The notes under the pieces: model-generated | Databases searched by the model: none | What the model was told of the DNA's origin: nothing | The model's input: only the letters and a program-made list of their open reading frames with translations | Part shown: one piece after another, positions 58,796 through 64,000 of the stretch | Layout of the letters: every line of letters starts with the position of its first letter | Numbering within the stretch: the stretch's first letter is position 1 | Program-made: the position numbers and the translations under genes | Assembly (NCBI GenBank): GCA_035308425.1 | Contig: DATGGP010000015.1 | Span: 23,521-87,520 of the forward strand | Source of the DNA: Casimicrobiaceae bacterium | GTDB lineage: Bacteria; Pseudomonadota; Gammaproteobacteria; Burkholderiales; Casimicrobiaceae | DNA length: 64,000 bases | Reading direction: 5' to 3'

Positions 58796-58937
58796 CCACG
58801 CTCGCTGCCGCACGCCAGGAGCCAGTTGTCAGTTGTCAGTAAAGCCGTCGATCGCGCGTGAATCGCCCGCCACCGAAGACGACACAACGCCGCCGCGTCT
58901 GACAACTGTCAACTGTCAACTGACAACTGCCAACTGA
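58796..58937. repeat. Composite intergenic element, copy 2: leader + inverted CTGACAA heptamer arrays around a 59-bp core
   Basis: Leader CCACGCTCGCTGCCGCACGCCAGGAG. Left arm 58823-58839; right arm 58899-58937 (CTGACAA CTGTCAA CTGTCAA CTGACAA CTGCCAA CTGA). Arms pair at 16/17. Confidence 0.9.
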
Positions 58938-58938
58938 G

Positions 58939-60213
58939 ATGAAAATCGAACTCCGCGACGGCCGCGTCATCGATCCGGCCAGCAACCTCGATCGCGAGGC
59001 GACGCTTTTCATCGACGACGGTATCGTCGCGGGTATCAGCGAGCGGCCGCGCGAATGGCGCGCGGAGCGCGTGATCGAAGCGCGCGGTTGCGTCGTGAGT
59101 CCCGGCTTCGTCGATCTCGCGGCGCGCCTGCGCGAGCCCGGCCTCGAGCACAAGGCGACGCTCGAGTCGGAGCTTGCCGCCGCAGCGGCCGGCGGCGTGA
59201 CGCGACTCGCATGCCCGCCCGACACCGATCCGCCGCTCGACGAGCCCGGCCTCGTGCAGATGCTTAAGCACCGCGCCCGTCAGATCGGCATCGCGGAGAT
59301 TCATCCCGTCGGTGCGCTGACCGTGGGATTGAAAGGCACGACGCTGACCGAAATGGGCGAGCTTGCACAAGCGGGTTGTGTCGCGTTCTCGCAAGCCGAC
59401 GAGCCCGTTCATGACACGCTGATGCTCTTTCGCGCGCTGCAGTACGCGGGGACGTTTGGCCATCGCGTCTGGCTTCGGCCGCAGGATCCGTATCTCGCGC
59501 AGGGCGGCGTCGCGCACGACGGCGAGGTGGCGACGCGGCTCGGTCTTCCCGGGATTCCGGTCGCCGGCGAGACGATCGCGCTCGCGAAGATTTTCGGCTT
59601 GATCCGCGAGAGCGGCGTCAGCGTGCATCTTTGCCGGCTCTCGTCGGCAGCGGGCGTTGCGATGGTGCGCGCGGCGAAAGCGGAAGGGTTGCCGATCACC
59701 TGCGACGTCGACGTGCATCACCTGCATCTCTGCGACGTCGACATCGGCTGGTTCGATCCGCTGGCGCATCTCGTTCCGCCGCTGCGCGGCGTCGGCGATC
59801 GCGACGCTCTATCGAGCGGCGTCGCCGATGGCACGATCGACGCGATCTGCTCGGATCACGCGCCGGTCGACGACGACGGTAAGCAGATGCCATTCGGCGA
59901 ATCGGAGCCTGGCGCGAGCGCACTCGAATTGCTGCTGCCGCTGACGCTCGAATGGGCGCGCGTCGCGAAGGTGCCGCTCGTCGATGCGCTGTCGACGATC
60001 ACGATACGGCCGGCTGCGATTCTCGGCGTCGAAACGCCGTCACTCGCGATTGGCGCGTCGGCCGATGTCTGCGTGTTCGATCCGAAGGCGGCGTGGACGG
60101 TCGGTCCCGGGACACTGCGAAGCCAGGGCAAGAACACGCCGTTCCTGGGGCTTGAAGTCGTCGGCCGCGTGCGCGCGACGCTTCTCGCCGGACGCATCGT
60201 GCACGAAGGCTGA
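58939..60213 (+). CDS. pyrC': Dihydroorotase-like protein, probably the inactive PyrC'/PyrX partner of PyrB
   Basis: 424 aa amidohydrolase fold; DLAARLREPG replaces the metal-binding DLHVHLREPG; SDHAP retained. Confidence 0.88.
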   Translation: MKIELRDGRVIDPASNLDREATLFIDDGIVAGISERPREWRAERVIEARGCVVSPGFVDLAARLREPGLEHKATLESELAAAAAGGVTRLACPPDTDPPLDEPGLVQMLKHRARQIGIAEIHPVGALTVGLKGTTLTEMGELAQAGCVAFSQADEPVHDTLMLFRALQYAGTFGHRVWLRPQDPYLAQGGVAHDGEVATRLGLPGIPVAGETIALAKIFGLIRESGVSVHLCRLSSAAGVAMVRAAKAEGLPITCDVDVHHLHLCDVDIGWFDPLAHLVPPLRGVGDRDALSSGVADGTIDAICSDHAPVDDDGKQMPFGESEPGASALELLLPLTLEWARVAKVPLVDALSTITIRPAAILGVETPSLAIGASADVCVFDPKAAWTVGPGTLRSQGKNTPFLGLEVVGRVRATLLAGRIVHEG

Positions 60214-60259
60214 CTATTCGGAGCGTCGCGGATTCCGCCGAGTCCTCGCAACCTACGCT

Positions 60260-61705
60260 TCATTCGGTCCGATGCTCCGACGCCGGCGCGCCGGTCGAAA
60301 CCGTCATGTCGGATGCAATCGCAACCCAGCCGCCGCCCATTGCCTTGTAGAGGTTCACGCTCGACGCCAAAAGCGATGCGCGGATGTTCGCGAGCGTAAG
60401 CTCGGCCGGAAACAGCGCCTGCTCGGCCTGCAGCACCGTCGAATAGGACGTATAGCCGCCGTTGTATTGCAATGTCGCGAGGTGGTCGTAGTCCTTAAGT
60501 GCGGCGACGAGCTCCGTTTGCGCAGCGAGCTGCGCGGAGAGCTTCTGCTTCACGACAAGCGCATTGTCGACGTCGCCGAACGCGTTGTGGATCGCCTGCT
60601 GATAGTTGAGAAGCGCGGCTTCGCGCGCGGCTTCTGCCTGCGCGACCTGTCCGCGGATCAGGCCGGCGGTGAAAATGGGGCCGGTTACCTGGCCCGCGTA
60701 GCTCCAGACGCGGGCAGGCCCCGTGAAAAGGTTGGACAGGTCGCTGCTCGAGGCGCCGAATGCGCCGGTCAGCGAAATCGTCGGGAAATAGAGCGCCCGC
60801 GCAGCGCCGATCTGCGCGTTCGCCGCGACGAGCTGCTCTTCCGACTGCATGAGATCGGGCCGCCGCGAAAGCAGATCCGACGGCACGCCCGAAGGAACCG
60901 GCGGCATCGCGAGGTCGTCGATCGACTTCCCGCGCACGATCGCGCCCGGATCGCGGCCGACGAGAATCGAAAGCGCGTGCTCGGCCTGTGCGATTTGCGA
61001 CTCGATCACCGGGATCTGCGCGGCGGCCGTCTCGTACTGCGATTGCGCCTGCGCGACATTCATCCGCGAGATGCGGCCGTACTTGAACTGCAGCTCGAAG
61101 AGGCGCACCGATTCGCCGTAGGCCTTGAGCGTCTGGTTCGCGATCGCAAGCTGGCGGTCGAGCCCGCGCAGTTGAATGTAGTCGCTCGCCACGGAGGCCA
61201 CGAGCGACAGAACGACCGCGCGTCGCGCATCTTCGCTCGCGAGCGCGTTGGCGCGCGCGGCTTCGCTCAGGCGCCGGACGCGTCCCCACAGGTCGAGCTC
61301 CCAGCTCGCGGAAAGCAACGCCTCGTAGCTCGTCTGGGGATTCGGGAACCTCGGAATGATCGCGACGAGCCCGACGTCGGGCACCTTCGTGCGCTGCGCG
61401 GTGGTCGCGTAGCCGATCTGCGGAAAGGCGCCGGCGCGCGCTTGCTCGAGCAGCGCGAATGCCTGCTGGACGTTGGCGGCCGCGATCATGACGTTGCGGT
61501 TGTGCGCGAGCGCTTCGGCGATCAGCGCATCGAGGACGGGATCGCCGTACTGCGTCCACCATTTCGTGTCCGCGGAATCGGCGGTCGACGAAGGCTCGAA
61601 CCGAAACCTGGCCGGCGCATCGACGGCGGGTCGCACGTAATCGGGTCCCATCGTGCAAGCGGCCAGCGACGCTGAAACAACGATGACGAAGACCGCGCGG
61701 CGCAT
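60260..61705 (-). CDS. RND efflux outer-membrane factor lipoprotein (NodT/OprM family)
   Basis: 481 aa; lipobox LAAC then MGPDYVRP, SWELDLWG, RRPDL and LYKAMGGGW motifs. Confidence 0.93.
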   Translation of the reverse strand: MRRAVFVIVVSASLAACTMGPDYVRPAVDAPARFRFEPSSTADSADTKWWTQYGDPVLDALIAEALAHNRNVMIAAANVQQAFALLEQARAGAFPQIGYATTAQRTKVPDVGLVAIIPRFPNPQTSYEALLSASWELDLWGRVRRLSEAARANALASEDARRAVVLSLVASVASDYIQLRGLDRQLAIANQTLKAYGESVRLFELQFKYGRISRMNVAQAQSQYETAAAQIPVIESQIAQAEHALSILVGRDPGAIVRGKSIDDLAMPPVPSGVPSDLLSRRPDLMQSEEQLVAANAQIGAARALYFPTISLTGAFGASSSDLSNLFTGPARVWSYAGQVTGPIFTAGLIRGQVAQAEAAREAALLNYQQAIHNAFGDVDNALVVKQKLSAQLAAQTELVAALKDYDHLATLQYNGGYTSYSTVLQAEQALFPAELTLANIRASLLASSVNLYKAMGGGWVAIASDMTVSTGAPASEHRTE

Positions 61706-61707
61706 CG

Positions 61708-64000
61708 TCAATCGCCTTCGCTCGGCTGCGGCGTGGCCGCGCCAGCGTCGCCTGGCGTTTGCGCAACGACGCGCTTTTCGCTTCCGCGCTCCTTCAACCG
61801 GTCGAACAGATAGAAGAGCAGCGGCACGTACAGCATCGCAAGCGTCGTCTCGCCGATCATCCCGCCGATGATCCCCGTGCCGATCGAGTGGCGTGCGTTC
61901 GCACCGACGCCGACCGCGATCGCGAGTGGCAGCACCCCGAACGCGAAGGCGAGCGAGGTCATGATGATCGGCCGCAAGCGCTGCTCGCCGGCAAGGATCG
62001 TCGCTTCCATGATCGATTTGCCCTGCTTGCGGAAATCGACCGCGGCCGACACGCGCAGCACCGCGTTCTTCGCGCCGAGTCCGATCAAAACGAGAAGCCC
62101 GATCTGGAAGTACACGTCGTTTTCGAGCCCGCGCAGCCAGTTCGTGAGCAGCGCGCCAAGAATCCCGAACGGCACCGCGCTCATGACGGCGCCGGGCAGC
62201 GACCACGACTCGTATTGGGCGGCGAGCACGAGGAACACGAGGACGAAGCCGAACGCGAACGCGAGCATCGACGTCGCGCCCGATTTCTTCTCCTCGTATG
62301 CAAGCCCCGACCAGGCGAACGTATAGCCGTGCGGCAACACTTCGCGCGCGACGTCTTCCATCGCCGCGATGGCCTGTCCCGAGCTGTAGCCCGGCGCGGC
62401 GTTGCCGATCACCTTCGCGGCCGGGAAGCCGTTGAAATGCGGCAACAGGTCCGGACCCGATTCCCACCGCGTACTCACGAGCGACGACAGCGGCACCATC
62501 TGCGCGGATCGTGGCGGCGAAGTGCCGGGCGCCGACGTATCCGCTTTCGTCGATCGCACATAGAGCCGCGTCAGGTCGCTGGGGTCCTGCCGAAACTTTG
62601 CATCCGATTGCAGGATCACCTGCCAGACGCGGCTCGACTCGTTGTACTGGCTCACCGTCAGTGACCCGAACTGCGCCTGGATCGCGCTGTAGACATCTTC
62701 GATCGGAACGCCGAGGAGTGACGCTTTTTCGCGATCGACGTCGGCGCGCAATTGCTGCGTGTTCGCGCGATACGTGGTGTTGAGCGATGCGAGCTCGGGC
62801 CGTGCGCGCGCTTTCGCCAGAAAGCGCTGCGTCGTCTCGTCGAGTTGCACCGGGTCGCCGGTGCCCGTGTCCTGGATCCAGAACTCGAAGCCGCCGGTCG
62901 TTCCGATGCCGGGAATCGGCGGCGGCGCGATCGGGATCACGAAACCGCCGGGGATGTGCCGCGATTCCTGGAACAGGTTCACGAGCACCGCGCGCGCATT
63001 CTCCGCGCGTGCCTTGGCGACCGATGCATAGCGCTCCTTGAAGTCCTCGAGCGTCACGAAAAACGTCGCCGCATTCGTCTTGTAGCCGCCGTCGAGGAGG
63101 CTGTAGCCGGTCACCATCGTGCGCCGGTCGACGCCTTGCGTCTTCGCGAAGATCGCGTCGACATCCTCGGCCACGCTTTGCGTGCGATCGAGGCTCGCCG
63201 ACGACGGCATGACGACCGCCGCCATCACGTAGCCCTGGTCCTCGTTCGGAACGAAGCTCGTCGGCAGCACGGTGAACAGGTGATAGATGCTCCACAGGAA
63301 GAAGGCCAGCAGCGCGAGCGCGATCACGGCACGGGCGATCACGAATCCGACCGCATGGCCGAACGCGCGCGTGACCGCGTCGACCTTGCGGTTGAACCAC
63401 GCGAAGAAGCCGCGCTTTGGCGCCGCCGCGTGCTTCAGCATGACGGCGCACATCGCCGGCGTGAGCGTCAGCGCGATGAACCCGGACACTGACACCGAAA
63501 CGACGATCGTGATGGCGAACTGGCGATAGAGCTGGCCGGTGGTGCCGGGAAGGAACGCCGCCGGAATGAACACCGCGGCCATCACCAGCACGACCGCGAC
63601 GAGCGAGTTCGCGATCTCGCCCATCGAGTGCAGCGTCGCTTCGCGCGGTGCAAGACGAAACTGCGCCATGTTCCGTTCGACGTTCTCGACGACGACGATC
63701 GCGTCGTCGACGACCATGCCGATCGCGAGGATCAGCCCGAACAGCGTCAGCAGGTTGATCGAAAAGCCAAGCGCCAGCATGCCGCCGAACGTGGCAACGA
63801 GCGACACGACGATGGCAACCGTGCAGATCACGGTCGTGCGCAGGCTCTGAAGGAAGAGGTAGACGACCGCGACGACCAGCACGACCGCCTCGATCAGCGT
63901 GTGGATCACCTCCTCGATCGAGAGGCGGACGAAGTCGTTCGTGTCGAGCGCGACGATGTAGTCGATGCCCGCCGGAAAACGCGGCTTCATCTCGGCGAGC
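61708..64000 (-). CDS. RND efflux permease (HAE1/AcrB family), 5' part outside window
   Basis: IGMVVDDAIVVVENVER, LAAQYESW, RLRPIIMTSLAF and R.SIGTGIIGGM motifs; frame is open to the window edge. Confidence 0.93.
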   Translation of the reverse strand, partial: LAEMKPRFPAGIDYIVALDTNDFVRLSIEEVIHTLIEAVVLVVAVVYLFLQSLRTTVICTVAIVVSLVATFGGMLALGFSINLLTLFGLILAIGMVVDDAIVVVENVERNMAQFRLAPREATLHSMGEIANSLVAVVLVMAAVFIPAAFLPGTTGQLYRQFAITIVVSVSVSGFIALTLTPAMCAVMLKHAAAPKRGFFAWFNRKVDAVTRAFGHAVGFVIARAVIALALLAFFLWSIYHLFTVLPTSFVPNEDQGYVMAAVVMPSSASLDRTQSVAEDVDAIFAKTQGVDRRTMVTGYSLLDGGYKTNAATFFVTLEDFKERYASVAKARAENARAVLVNLFQESRHIPGGFVIPIAPPPIPGIGTTGGFEFWIQDTGTGDPVQLDETTQRFLAKARARPELASLNTTYRANTQQLRADVDREKASLLGVPIEDVYSAIQAQFGSLTVSQYNESSRVWQVILQSDAKFRQDPSDLTRLYVRSTKADTSAPGTSPPRSAQMVPLSSLVSTRWESGPDLLPHFNGFPAAKVIGNAAPGYSSGQAIAAMEDVAREVLPHGYTFAWSGLAYEEKKSGATSMLAFAFGFVLVFLVLAAQYESWSLPGAVMSAVPFGILGALLTNWLRGLENDVYFQIGLLVLIGLGAKNAVLRVSAAVDFRKQGKSIMEATILAGEQRLRPIIMTSLAFAFGVLPLAIAVGVGANARHSIGTGIIGGMIGETTLAMLYVPLLFYLFDRLKERGSEKRVVAQTPGDAGAATPQPSEGD

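Noticed and set aside
60260-63451. 1063-aa ORF suggesting an RND permease-OMF fusion
   Set aside because: The first 582 codons are an off-frame read of the permease; the OMF starts at 61705 with its own lipoprotein signal.

Overview
High-GC bacterial chromosomal window, most consistent with a betaproteobacterium (inferred from gene order and protein families). No rRNA, tRNA, CRISPR array, integrase or intact transposase was seen. Left to right: (1) decayed, more AT-rich fragments (a frameshifted membrane protein and an internally deleted Uma2 nuclease); (2) a head-to-head pair of SYLF/YSC84 paralogues; (3) a ~21 kb alpha-glucan/trehalose cluster (glgP, glgB, glgE, treS-mak, CmpX-like membrane protein, glgX, treZ, malQ, treY, Ca2+/H+ antiporter) followed by a Gln-linker metallothionein-like gene; (4) a cold-shock gene, a MesD-type short methionine synthase with no adjacent mesX, and a dehydrogenase + sugar ABC operon; (5) housekeeping genes grxD, spoT, rpoZ, gmk, yicC, Ser/Thr kinase, PP2C, dnaQ, sixA, ilvA; (6) the Pil-Chp chemosensory operon pilGHIJ-chpA; (7) an accessory block with yihY, an EF-G paralogue, a vapBC relic and a Fur-boxed cupredoxin + beta-barrel pair; (8) yqgE-ruvX-pyrR-pyrB-pyrC' and a partial RND efflux operon. 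The most unusual signal is a ~150-bp intergenic element present twice (38443-38599 and 58796-58937). Each copy has a shared leader, inverted CTGACAA heptamer arrays and a ~60-bp core. The core is homologous between copies but lies in opposite orientation relative to the leader, and each copy abuts an SD-less start codon (dnaQ, pyrC'). All calls are from manual reading of the sequence; no database searches were run.
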